Source: an uncultured delta proteobacterium
GTDB lineage: Bacteria > Myxococcota_A > Polyangia > Polyangiales > Polyangiaceae
NCBI GenBank assembly: GCA_963841435.1
Contig: CAWJCS010000005.1
Span: 1,510,708 to 1,574,707, forward strand
Direction: 5' to 3'
DNA length: 64,000 nucleotides
Shown: positions 17,864 through 26,205 of the stretch, in pieces
Position numbering within the stretch: the first letter of the stretch is position 1
How the letters are laid out: every line of letters starts with the position of its first letter
Notes under the pieces: generated by a model
Databases searched by the model: none
What the model saw: only the letters and a program-made list of their open reading frames with translations
Told to the model about the DNA's origin: nothing
Program-made: the position numbers and the translations under genes

Positions 17864-19339
17864 ATGGTCGGCTCAGCTTCAGGTCGGGGTGGTTCGGTGG
17901 CGCGAGCCCTGTGGGGTGCCGCGCTGGGCCTTGCTCTGGCTGCCGTGAGCGGGTGCGGAGCAGAGAAGGCCCAAGGCGGAGCACAACCAAGCACCGTCGC
18001 GCCGACGGCGCCCAGAAGGCCCGGCCAACTGCCAGCGCCACCGAGCGCGGCGAATGCGCCACCGAAGGCGGCGAATGGTTTCACTCAGTTCAAGCCGAGC
18101 CCGGACACGACCATCTACTACGTGAGCGCCCAGGGCGACGACTCCAACGCCGGCACTTCGGAGGCTCAGCCACTCAAAACGGCCGGGGCCGCCATGAAGA
18201 TGCTCCACGACGGCCTCCCCGACTGGATCCTGTTTCGACGCGGCGACAAGTTCAGGGAGATCGGACAGGTCAAGGCGTCGGGCCGTTCCAGCGCGGAGCC
18301 CATGCTGTTCGGCGCCTATGGGAGCTCCACCACGCGGCCACGGTTCACCGCTGGCGGCCTGGCCACCAGCGGGGGCGGCGGCGGGCCCGAGTACACGAGC
18401 TACCTCGTGTTCATGGGGCTCGACTTCGTGATCGAGCGGCGTGACCCGACACACCCGCGGCACGATCCGACCTTCGGAGGATCGCTCGTGAGCTGGCTGC
18501 GCGGCTCGGCGGGCGTCTGGTTCGAGGACTGCGTGTTCCAGTGGGGAGGCATCGGCTTTCAGGAGTTCGACAAGTTCGACATCGAAAACGTCACCTTCCG
18601 CCGCTGCCAGTTCCTGGACTCGTACGACAGCCATGGCTCTCACGCGCAGAACGTGTACATTTCGCGCGCCAAAAACGTCGTCTTCGACGAGTGTCTCTTC
18701 GATCACGGCGGTTGGAACGCCTCGATTCCCGGGGCCGACTCGACGATCTTCAACCACAACATCTACATCCAGAACTACACGCCCCGGGTCACGCTCAAAA
18801 ACTCGATTTCGATGCGAGCCTCGAGCCACGGCGTGCAGTTTCGTGCCGGGGGCACGGTGGAGAACAACTTCTTTTACCAGAACCCCATCAACATCCTGAT
18901 CGGCGGTGGCTCCACTCCCGATAAGGGCGGCGTGGAAGGCTTGGTGCGCGACAACGTCGTCGACGAAGGCGTCAACATGCACACTGGCGAGGGGCGCGGC
19001 TGGGGCATCGAGCTCGAGAACATCCGCGCCGTGACGGTGGAAGGAAACATCATCACGCATTGCCGGGGCACCGGTTGCAGGAACATCCCCAAGGGCGTCG
19101 CCGGTGCGACCCTGAACGAAAACATCATCCACGACTGGCCGGGCGAATCCCCCGCGACCCAAGGTGACTACCCGCACCCGGACGTTACACTGGCCGACTA
19201 CGCGGCCACGCTCAACCTGACGATCGACCAATTTTACGGCGAGCTCCGCAAACAATCGCAGTTTCACTGGCGACCCGAGCTCACCGCCAACGCCATCAAC
19301 AACTATTTCCGCTCCGCCTTTGGTCGGCCCAAGCGCTGA
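17864..19339 (+). CDS. right-handed parallel beta-helix lipoprotein (copy 1 of tandem pair)
   Basis: ORF 17783..19339. The Met at 17864 gives ...ALWGAALGLALAAVSGCG (lipobox); an alternative start is at 17831. The body has repeated NxxFxxC / HNIYI / ENNFF beta-helix-type rungs. About four-fifths of residues are identical by eye to the next gene. Confidence 0.8.
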   Translation: MVGSASGRGGSVARALWGAALGLALAAVSGCGAEKAQGGAQPSTVAPTAPRRPGQLPAPPSAANAPPKAANGFTQFKPSPDTTIYYVSAQGDDSNAGTSEAQPLKTAGAAMKMLHDGLPDWILFRRGDKFREIGQVKASGRSSAEPMLFGAYGSSTTRPRFTAGGLATSGGGGGPEYTSYLVFMGLDFVIERRDPTHPRHDPTFGGSLVSWLRGSAGVWFEDCVFQWGGIGFQEFDKFDIENVTFRRCQFLDSYDSHGSHAQNVYISRAKNVVFDECLFDHGGWNASIPGADSTIFNHNIYIQNYTPRVTLKNSISMRASSHGVQFRAGGTVENNFFYQNPINILIGGGSTPDKGGVEGLVRDNVVDEGVNMHTGEGRGWGIELENIRAVTVEGNIITHCRGTGCRNIPKGVAGATLNENIIHDWPGESPATQGDYPHPDVTLADYAATLNLTIDQFYGELRKQSQFHWRPELTANAINNYFRSAFGRPKR

Positions 19340-19389
19340 CGAGGCCACGAAAGCCGGCGCAACGCGCCCCGGTCCCGGAGGTCAGTAAC

Positions 19390-21000
19390 GTGCAATCCTT
19401 GAGTCCATCGTTCGTGCGCTCGGTTGTTTTAGTGAGCATTGTCGCGATGTCCGCCCTGTTCGGATGCGGGAAGGACGACTCGGCGACACCTATTCCAACC
19501 GCCGGCTCGACGTCCGCGGGCACCTCGGGAAGCGCCGGCACGGCCACGGGCGGTTCTTCCGCGGCAGCAACCGGAGGAACCGGGGGATCCGCCGCCGCAG
19601 CAGGCGGCCGCGCGGGAAGCTCCGGCTCCGGCGCCCAGTCCGCCGGAGAAGCGGGCGCGGACACGGCGGGCACCGGCGGAACCGGCGGCAGCGCCGGCAC
19701 GAGCGGGGCGGCCGGAGGACCTCCGACGGCGGCCGACGGCTTCACCGATTTCATGCCGAGCGCGGACACCACCATCTACTACGTGAGCGCCGCAGGCGAC
19801 GACGCCAATGCAGGGACGTCGGAGGCCGCACCGCTCAAGACGGCCGCTGCGGCCCTGAAGAAGCTTCACGACGGCTTGCCTGATTGGATCCTGTTTCGGC
19901 GCGGCGACAAGTTCACGCAGATCGGACAGATCAAGGCGTCGGGGCGTTCGAGCGCAGAGCCGATGCTGTTTGGTTCCTACGGCGACTCGACCGAGCGGCC
20001 ACGCTTCACCAGCGCCGGCCTGAACACCGCGGGGGGCGCCGGCGGGCCGGAGTTCACGAGCTACGTCGCGTTCATGGGGCTCGCCATCGTGTTCGAGCGG
20101 CGCGACCCGACCAACCCGCAGCACGATCCGACCTTCGGTGACGCCATCATCAACTGGCTGCGCGGCTCGGACGGAGCCTGGTTCGAGGACTGCGTGTTCC
20201 AGTGGGCGGGCGTCGGATTCCAGGAGTTCGACAACTTCGACATCGAGAACCTCACCTTCCGCCGCTGTCAGTTCCTGGATTCCTACAACAGCGAAGGCGC
20301 CCACGCGCAGAACGTGTACATCTCGGACGCGGGCAACATCGTGTTCGACGAGTGCCTGTTCGATCACGGCGGCTGGAACGAATCGATCCCCGGAGCCGAC
20401 TCGACGATCTTCAACCACAACATCTACATTCAGAACAACACGCCCCGGGTCACGCTCAAGAACTCGATTTCGATGCGAGCCTCGAGCCACGGCCTGCAGT
20501 TTCGCGCCGGTGGGACGATCGAGAACAACTTCTTCTACAGAAACCCCATCAGCATCCTGGTCGGCGGTGGCTCCACTCCCGACCCGGGGGGCGTCGACGG
20601 CGTCGTGCTCGACAACGTCATCGACGAAGGCGTCAACATGCACACCGGCGAAGGGCGCGGCTGGGGCATCGACCTCGAGAACATCCACGACGTGACGGTG
20701 GACGGAAACATCGTCACGCACTGCTTGGGCGGCGGCTGCACCAACATCTTTAAGGGCATCGCCGGTGTCACGTACGGCAGCAACATCGTGTACGACTGGC
20801 CCGGTGACTTCAGCCCGACCAACGGCAACTACCCGAATCCGGACGTCACGCTTTCGGACTACGCCGCCACGCTCAACATGACGATCGAGGAATTTTACGA
20901 CGCGCTCAGGGCGCAGTCGCAGTTCAACTGGCGATCCGAGCTCACTGCCACCGCGATCAACAACTATTTCCGCACCGCCTTTGGTCAACCAACGCGCTGA
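19390..21000 (+). CDS. right-handed parallel beta-helix lipoprotein (copy 2, with extra G/S/A/T linker)
   Basis: 536-aa ORF with a GTG start preceded by GGAGG (19377-19381). The signal is MQSLSPSFVRSVVLVSIVAMSALFGCG. A ~90-aa Gly/Ser/Ala/Thr linker is followed by a body collinear with 17864..19339. Confidence 0.85.
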   Translation: MQSLSPSFVRSVVLVSIVAMSALFGCGKDDSATPIPTAGSTSAGTSGSAGTATGGSSAAATGGTGGSAAAAGGRAGSSGSGAQSAGEAGADTAGTGGTGGSAGTSGAAGGPPTAADGFTDFMPSADTTIYYVSAAGDDANAGTSEAAPLKTAAAALKKLHDGLPDWILFRRGDKFTQIGQIKASGRSSAEPMLFGSYGDSTERPRFTSAGLNTAGGAGGPEFTSYVAFMGLAIVFERRDPTNPQHDPTFGDAIINWLRGSDGAWFEDCVFQWAGVGFQEFDNFDIENLTFRRCQFLDSYNSEGAHAQNVYISDAGNIVFDECLFDHGGWNESIPGADSTIFNHNIYIQNNTPRVTLKNSISMRASSHGLQFRAGGTIENNFFYRNPISILVGGGSTPDPGGVDGVVLDNVIDEGVNMHTGEGRGWGIDLENIHDVTVDGNIVTHCLGGGCTNIFKGIAGVTYGSNIVYDWPGDFSPTNGNYPNPDVTLSDYAATLNMTIEEFYDALRAQSQFNWRSELTATAINNYFRTAFGQPTR

Positions 21001-21088
21001 ACGGGGACAGCAGCCGCGCTCGGGGTGCCGAGCGCGGCTGGCCGAAGCGAAGCTTCCCGCGGTACGCTGAGGGCGGAGCTCTTAAGCC

Positions 21089-21724
21089 ATGCCCCTATGC
21101 TTGCTCCTGGCTGCACCCGCGGGGAGCGACGGTCTGATCGGCAAATGGTCGCCCGGCATCGGCGATCCCAACTTCGTCGGATGGCTCACCGTGGTGGCCT
21201 ACCTGTCCACCGCGGCTCTGTCGTTCGGCGTCGTGCGGCGGACTCCCCGCTTTCTCAGCGAGGCTCGGCGTGAGCGCTTTTTCTGGCTCCTGCTCGCCTG
21301 GTTGTTCGTGGCGCTCGGCATCAACAAGCAGCTCGATCTGCAGAGCGCCTTCACCGAGATCGGGCGCATGGCGGCGCGACAAGAAGGTTGGTACGAAGAG
21401 CGCCGAGCGGTACAGCGCGAGTTCATCGTACTGGTTGGCGTTGGTGCGGCGCTCGGCGCTGCTGGGCTCCTGTTCCTGGTTCGAGGAGCGAGCACCCATG
21501 CCCACGTGGCCGCAATCGGAACGAGCCTGGTGTTCGCTTTCGTCCTGATCCGTGCCGCGTCGTTCCACCACGTGGACGTCTTTCTCAGGGCTGCGCCGTT
21601 CGGCGTTCACGCCAACTGGGTGCTCGAGCTTTCGGGCATCGGCATCGTGCTCGCGGCCGCTGTCCGTCACTTCCGGCGCCTGCCACCGATACGCCCCACC
21701 ACGCCGCCACCGCGCAAACGATAG
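21089..21724 (+). CDS. integral membrane protein, unknown function
   Basis: 211-aa ORF with about 5 hydrophobic helices (WLTVVAYLSTAALSFGVV, FFWLLLAWLFVALGI, FIVLVGVGAALGAAGLLFLV and others) and good codon bias. Confidence 0.65.
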   Translation: MPLCLLLAAPAGSDGLIGKWSPGIGDPNFVGWLTVVAYLSTAALSFGVVRRTPRFLSEARRERFFWLLLAWLFVALGINKQLDLQSAFTEIGRMAARQEGWYEERRAVQREFIVLVGVGAALGAAGLLFLVRGASTHAHVAAIGTSLVFAFVLIRAASFHHVDVFLRAAPFGVHANWVLELSGIGIVLAAAVRHFRRLPPIRPTTPPPRKR

Positions 21725-21830
21725 CGGCCCGGTGCGTCACGCGGGCCGGCCTTGACCGCGGCCCGCAGCAAATGAGCATATACCGCGCCGCGCACCGGCC
21801 GCTCCTTCCCTGTGCACGAGCCAATCTCAA

Positions 21831-22604
21831 GTGACAAAGCCACTCTGTTTCGCCACCCTGCCCGCTCTCGCCACGTGCTTCTTCGCCGCTTGCGCGGGCG
21901 ACGCCCCACCGCCGTCGAAGGCGCCCGAGCCTCTCCACCCGGTGGCCACCGCGATCGACACGAGCCCGATCCCGGACCCCGTCGCGAGCGTGCCGCCGAG
22001 CTGCGCGCACGGCACCAAGCCCGCCGCCGACGGGCTGATCGACGACCTCGAGGACGGCAACACCCTCGTGCAGCCGCTCGCCGGCCGCGACGGCAGTTGG
22101 TGGATGGGGAAGGCGGATCACGCGACGATCTCGATTCCATCGGGCGAGCTCCAGCCGTCGGAGGGCGGCGCGCCCGGCTCGAAGCTCGGCATGCACTTCG
22201 CCGGCAAGACGAACCCCTCCGACTCCTGGGGCGCCACGCTCGGCGTGACGTTCCTGAAGGCGGGCTTTTACGACGCGTCCAGGTACGCGGGCATCGCCTT
22301 CAAGATCAGGTCGGCCAAGCCGAACCTCGACGTGCGCCTCAAGGTCCTCGACACGAACACGCATCCGGACGGCGGGGCCTGCGCCAAGGAGTGCTGGAAC
22401 GCCTTCGGTCGGGAGCTGATCCTCGGCACCGAGTGGCGCGACGTGACGCTCATGTGGAGCGAGCTCACGCAACAGTCGGACTGGGGCGATCCACGCCCGC
22501 CGATGGTCGAGGCATCGAAGATCAAAGACGTGGAGTGGCAGATCTGGCCCGCCACGGAATTCGACATCTGGGTCAACGACGTGCGCTTCCTCGCCTGTCA
22601 GTGA
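21831..22604 (+). CDS. lipoprotein with CBM11/CIA30-like carbohydrate-binding jelly-roll domain
   Basis: GTG start, signal MTKPLCFATLPALATCFFAACAG. LIDDLEDGN...GSWWMG...GATLGVTF...YAGIAFKIRS...IWVNDVRF is the pattern seen in CBM-like domains. The family assignment is by eye. Confidence 0.65.
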   Translation: MTKPLCFATLPALATCFFAACAGDAPPPSKAPEPLHPVATAIDTSPIPDPVASVPPSCAHGTKPAADGLIDDLEDGNTLVQPLAGRDGSWWMGKADHATISIPSGELQPSEGGAPGSKLGMHFAGKTNPSDSWGATLGVTFLKAGFYDASRYAGIAFKIRSAKPNLDVRLKVLDTNTHPDGGACAKECWNAFGRELILGTEWRDVTLMWSELTQQSDWGDPRPPMVEASKIKDVEWQIWPATEFDIWVNDVRFLACQ

Positions 22605-22945
22605 AGCGGCGACACCGGCGACGCGGGCGTGGTCAGGAGCTCGTCGGCGAGCCACTGGCCGAGCAGCGCGAGCGCGAGCCCCGCGGATGCTTCGGGCGAG
22701 CCGCCGTCGTCGAGCTCGGCGCAAAGTCGAGCAAGCGCGATCGGCTGCTGGAGGAGCTCGAGCGCTCGGGCCTCCATGCGGTCAACCGCGCGGTGGAAGA
22801 CGCGAAACCCACGCCGCCACACGGGCAACACCTGGTCGCGCCGCTCGGTGGGCGGAGGTGTTTCGCGCCGATCGACCGCACGCCACGGCCCTTCGAGCTC
22901 GTAGTCGGAGCGCACGAGCCGGTGCGAGGGAACGAGGGACGGCAC
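22598..22945 (-). CDS. small hypothetical protein (weak PqqD/RRE-like resemblance)
   Basis: 115-aa ORF with consistent G/C third positions. The C-terminal half ...EARALELLQQPIALARLCAELDD...GLALALLGQWLADELL resembles a PqqD-type winged helix. Its 3' end overlaps the convergent gene by 7 nt. Confidence 0.4.
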   Translation of the reverse strand: MPSLVPSHRLVRSDYELEGPWRAVDRRETPPPTERRDQVLPVWRRGFRVFHRAVDRMEARALELLQQPIALARLCAELDDGGSPEASAGLALALLGQWLADELLTTPASPVSPLH

Positions 22946-22968
22946 GAGGCTCGACCAACCGGGCGCAG

Positions 22969-23336
22969 TTGATCCTCTTTTGCGACAACCAGGGTTGGTC
23001 GAGCCACACGGGCGGGGAGGGCAACGGCAGCTATCACTCGCGTGTCGTCGAGTACCACCTCGACGAGACGAAGAAGCAAGCCACGCTAACCTGGGAGTTT
23101 CCGGGGAGCTTCGAGGTCAACGCCCGGTACAAGAACGACTGGAAGACGCCAATCTGGGGCGCCGCAAATCGGCTCGCGAACGGCAACGTGCTCGTCACGG
23201 CGGGCGTGAAGGGCACGGGGCAGCACACGCGAATCTTCGAGGTGTCGCGCGCCGGCGAGGTTGTGTGGGGCATCGAATGGCCGGCTCGTACCGCGCGACA
23301 CGCATCTCGCCGCCGGCCGCCGAGCCCATCCCCTGA
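22969..23336 (+). pseudogene. orphan C-terminal remnant of an ASST-family (arylsulfotransferase-like) gene, with internal frameshift
   Basis: Only the last ~120 codons are present: LILFCDNQGW...SRVVEYHLDETKKQATLTWEF...WGAANRLANGNVLVTAG...IFEVSRAGEVVWGIEWP (frame of ORF 22687..23394), then ...AGSYRATRISPPAAEPIP-stop in the frame of ORF 22980..23336. No N-terminal ~300 aa, no start and no signal. Confidence 0.6.
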
Positions 23337-23387
23337 GCCGCCACGCTTCGGCCCGTCGCACGGCGCCTCGGCCTTGGCCAACGACCG

Positions 23388-24128
23388 TCAGTAAGCGAAA
23401 AGCGCCTCGCGGAGCTCTTTCGTCTTCGCAGGATCGCGCGAGAAGGCACACGGCACGACCTCGCGCCCTGCGTAGTACGCGCCGCTCGGTCCAGGTGCGT
23501 CGGCCGTGACGAGCCATGCGGGCGTGTCGGCGCCGCGCTCGGGGCTGTCGCTGCCGCCGAATCCGAGCGCGTTGCTCAGCTTCGAATTCACGTCGCCCGG
23601 ATGACACGAGCCGATCCAAGCGCCCAGCTTGCCCAGGCGCCCCGCGAGCGCCGCAGCGAGCATGCGATCGGCTTGTTTCGACTGCCGGTACGCCGTTCCG
23701 TTGTCGTAGGGCCGCCGGCGAAACTCGAGGTCGTCGAGCTCGAGGCCGCCCGCCCAGTAGCTCGCGACGAACACCACGCGGCTCGCGCCCGAAAGAGCAA
23801 GTGCGGGCTCGAACGCGAGCACCATCCAGAGGTAGCCGAGCACGTTCGTCGCGAGCTGCCGCTCGATCCCCTCGGGCGTTTCCTCGCGCGTACGCGGACA
23901 TTGTGCCGCGTTGTTCACGAGCGCGTGCACGGGGCCGTCAACGGCGCGGGCCAGCCGCTCGATGGAGGCACGCCGCGAAAGGTCCACTTCGAGCACCCTG
24001 CCGGGAAGCTTCCTTTCGCGCGAGGCGTCGCGCACCGGCAAGATGAGCTCCCAACCCTCGGCGGCCAGACGCCGTGCGATGGCGCCTCCGATCGCCCCGG
24101 TCGCGCCCGTGACGACTGCGCGCTTCAC
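23388..24128 (-). CDS. short-chain dehydrogenase/reductase (SDR)
   Basis: ORF 23388..24143. VVTGATGAIGGAIARRL (TGxxxGxG), NNAA, and the YRQSK catalytic Tyr/Lys are present. The GTG at 24128 overlaps the thuA-like stop as GTGA. Confidence 0.85.
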   Translation of the reverse strand: MKRAVVTGATGAIGGAIARRLAAEGWELILPVRDASRERKLPGRVLEVDLSRRASIERLARAVDGPVHALVNNAAQCPRTREETPEGIERQLATNVLGYLWMVLAFEPALALSGASRVVFVASYWAGGLELDDLEFRRRPYDNGTAYRQSKQADRMLAAALAGRLGKLGAWIGSCHPGDVNSKLSNALGFGGSDSPERGADTPAWLVTADAPGPSGAYYAGREVVPCAFSRDPAKTKELREALFAY

Positions 24129-25024
24129 GGGCCCGCTGCCCACTCGATCGCGCCCGCAACGTGGTCGAGGAACGGTTGCTCGGAGTAGCTTTCCGGAGTG
24201 TGGCCGAGCGCGGTGTAGAAGGCCCGCCCGCCTTCCAGCTCGTGGTACCAGGCGATCGGGTGATCGGCGCCCATCGCGGCGTCGCCGGGCGCGTAACTCG
24301 TTTCATCGAGCGCGAGGAGCACCGTGACGTTCGCGCGTGGGTTCGTCTGAAACGCGTACCACTCGTCGGTGCGCATCCAGGGAGCGGGTAAGAGCTCGGT
24401 GGACGGGTGCGAGCGATCCTCGACGTGCACGCTGGCCGGCTGGACTGTTGAGTGGACCCTGAAATAGGCGCCCACGAGCGCGCCGTAGAAGGGCCAGTCG
24501 TACTCGGTGTCCGATGCCGAATGGATGCCGACGAAGCCGTTGCCCGCCCGAATGAAACGCTCGAACGCGACCTGCTCGGTGTCGTCGAGCACGTCACCCG
24601 TCGTCAAGAGAAAGACGATCACGTTGAAGGGCGCGAGCCCAGCATCGGAAAAGATCGCGGCGTCCTCGGTCTCGAGCACGTCCCAACCACGCGCGGTACC
24701 GAGGGAAGCGAGCGCCGGCAGGCCCTGATCGATCGAGGCGTGGCGGTAACCGATCGTGCGGGAGAACACGAGGACCACCGGGTCGCGCCCGCCGGCCTCG
24801 CCCCCGGCCGGCAATCCCGCGCCGCCCGTCGCGCCCCCCGCGAGCCCAACGCCCCCGTCACCGCTCGTCACCCCTTCGCCGGCCGTGCCGCCGCCACCCG
24901 CCGCGCCGGCCTCACCGGAGGCGCCGCCGGACCCGTTGCTGCTGGCCTCTTCGGTGCACGCCCCGAAGAGCGCGATGGCGACCACACAGAGCGCGCGATC
25001 CCGGCGGGGCGAGCGTTCGCTCAC
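24125..25024 (-). CDS. ThuA-domain (trehalose-utilisation-like) lipoprotein
   Basis: The 3' 300 codons of ORF 24125..25450. The GTG at 25024 overlaps the usp stop (GTGA) and gives VSERSPRRDRALCVVAIALFGAC (lipobox). A Gly-rich linker follows, then VLVFSRTIGYRHASI...FVGIHSASDTEYDWPFY...DEWYAF...ADHPIAWYHE...GRAFYTALGH, the ThuA pattern. Confidence 0.8.
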   Translation of the reverse strand: MSERSPRRDRALCVVAIALFGACTEEASSNGSGGASGEAGAAGGGGTAGEGVTSGDGGVGLAGGATGGAGLPAGGEAGGRDPVVLVFSRTIGYRHASIDQGLPALASLGTARGWDVLETEDAAIFSDAGLAPFNVIVFLLTTGDVLDDTEQVAFERFIRAGNGFVGIHSASDTEYDWPFYGALVGAYFRVHSTVQPASVHVEDRSHPSTELLPAPWMRTDEWYAFQTNPRANVTVLLALDETSYAPGDAAMGADHPIAWYHELEGGRAFYTALGHTPESYSEQPFLDHVAGAIEWAAGP

Positions 25025-25467
25025 GGCGGCTCGGGCCGGCTCGGCACGACGAGCACGGGCGCGCGCGAGCGTCGCAGCACGCCCTCCGTCACGCTGCCAG
25101 CGAGGAGCTGGAAAAGCGCGCCGTGCCCATGCGACCCGACCACGACGAGGCCCGCGTCGAAACGGCGCGCGTGGTCCAGGATCGTCTGGACCGTCGGTCC
25201 TTGCACCATGAGCGGCTTGACGACGACGCCCGCCGCCGAAAAACGCTCGGCGACGGCCGCGAGAGAGCGGTGCTCGTCGCGAAGCCCCTTCGCAACGTCG
25301 TCGCGAACCGTCGGCGGCCCCGCCTCGTACCCGACGAAGTCGGGCTCGGGCGCCGCGACGTGGAGCAGCCGCACCTCGGCGCCCTGCGCGCGGGCCATGA
25401 CGATGCCCTGTTCGGCGACGGCGTCCGTCGCGTCCGAGAAGTCGACGCAAACCAAGATGTGCTTCAC
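25021..25467 (-). CDS. universal stress protein (UspA family)
   Basis: 148-aa ORF: MKHILVCVDFSDATDAV...LLHVA...DLVVVGSHGHGALFQLLAGSVTEGVLRRSRAPVLVVP. Confidence 0.9.
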   Translation of the reverse strand: MKHILVCVDFSDATDAVAEQGIVMARAQGAEVRLLHVAAPEPDFVGYEAGPPTVRDDVAKGLRDEHRSLAAVAERFSAAGVVVKPLMVQGPTVQTILDHARRFDAGLVVVGSHGHGALFQLLAGSVTEGVLRRSRAPVLVVPSRPEPP

Positions 25468-25637
25468 CCGCTCACCCGTCTTTCTGGCGTAGGACGAAAC
25501 GGCTCGAGCTCGCGGGGATCGCCCCTCGGTGGCTCATGACCCATACGATAAGCTCGCTCGGGCCATGCGTCGAATGGCCGACTCCGTCGCCCGCCGAGCG
25601 CCTCGCACGCCGCGTGGGCGTGCGCTAGGGTCGGCCC

Positions 25638-26135
25638 ATGCTCGGCAGTGGCGCGGCGCGCGCCTGCGCATGGCTGCTCATCGGACTTTTGGGGCTCGGG
25701 GGATGCGCGCCCGCCGCAGGCGCTGAACCTCGGGCGGGACGCACGGAGGCGGCGACCTGGACGGCCGAGTACACGGGTCGTGACACGCTCGTGCTGTCAA
25801 TCGAGGCGCTGCCGGCACGCCGCGAGAACGACGACCATGCGTCGCTCGTCGTGGCGGGGCTTTCCAAGGGGCTCTTGCGCCTTTCTCTCGTTGACGGCAA
25901 GAGCGGCGCGCCGGTGTGCACTTTGGTCGCCCGCGCACTCGGCAGCGACGCCACGGTGGAGCCGAACCAGCTCTGCTTCGACGGAGCGGCGATGCGGATC
26001 CTCGTTCGATCCGGGAAGGCGGTCTCACGAGGCGCGAATCTACACTTCGAGCTCTTCGGCCTCGTCGAGCTCGAGCAGCAGGACGTGCTCGCCGACGGTA
26101 CCCTCACGTACGCCTTCGAGGGCACGCGACGCTAG
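25638..26135 (+). CDS. lipoprotein, unknown function
   Basis: 165-aa ORF with signal plus lipobox ACAWLLIGLLGLGGCAP and good codon bias. I recognise no family. Confidence 0.6.
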   Translation: MLGSGAARACAWLLIGLLGLGGCAPAAGAEPRAGRTEAATWTAEYTGRDTLVLSIEALPARRENDDHASLVVAGLSKGLLRLSLVDGKSGAPVCTLVARALGSDATVEPNQLCFDGAAMRILVRSGKAVSRGANLHFELFGLVELEQQDVLADGTLTYAFEGTRR

Positions 26136-26205
26136 ACCCGCGCCGCCACGCGCGTCGAGGGCCGTCGCGCGGGGGACGCCTCGCGACACCGAAGCTCGGG
26201 TTCGA

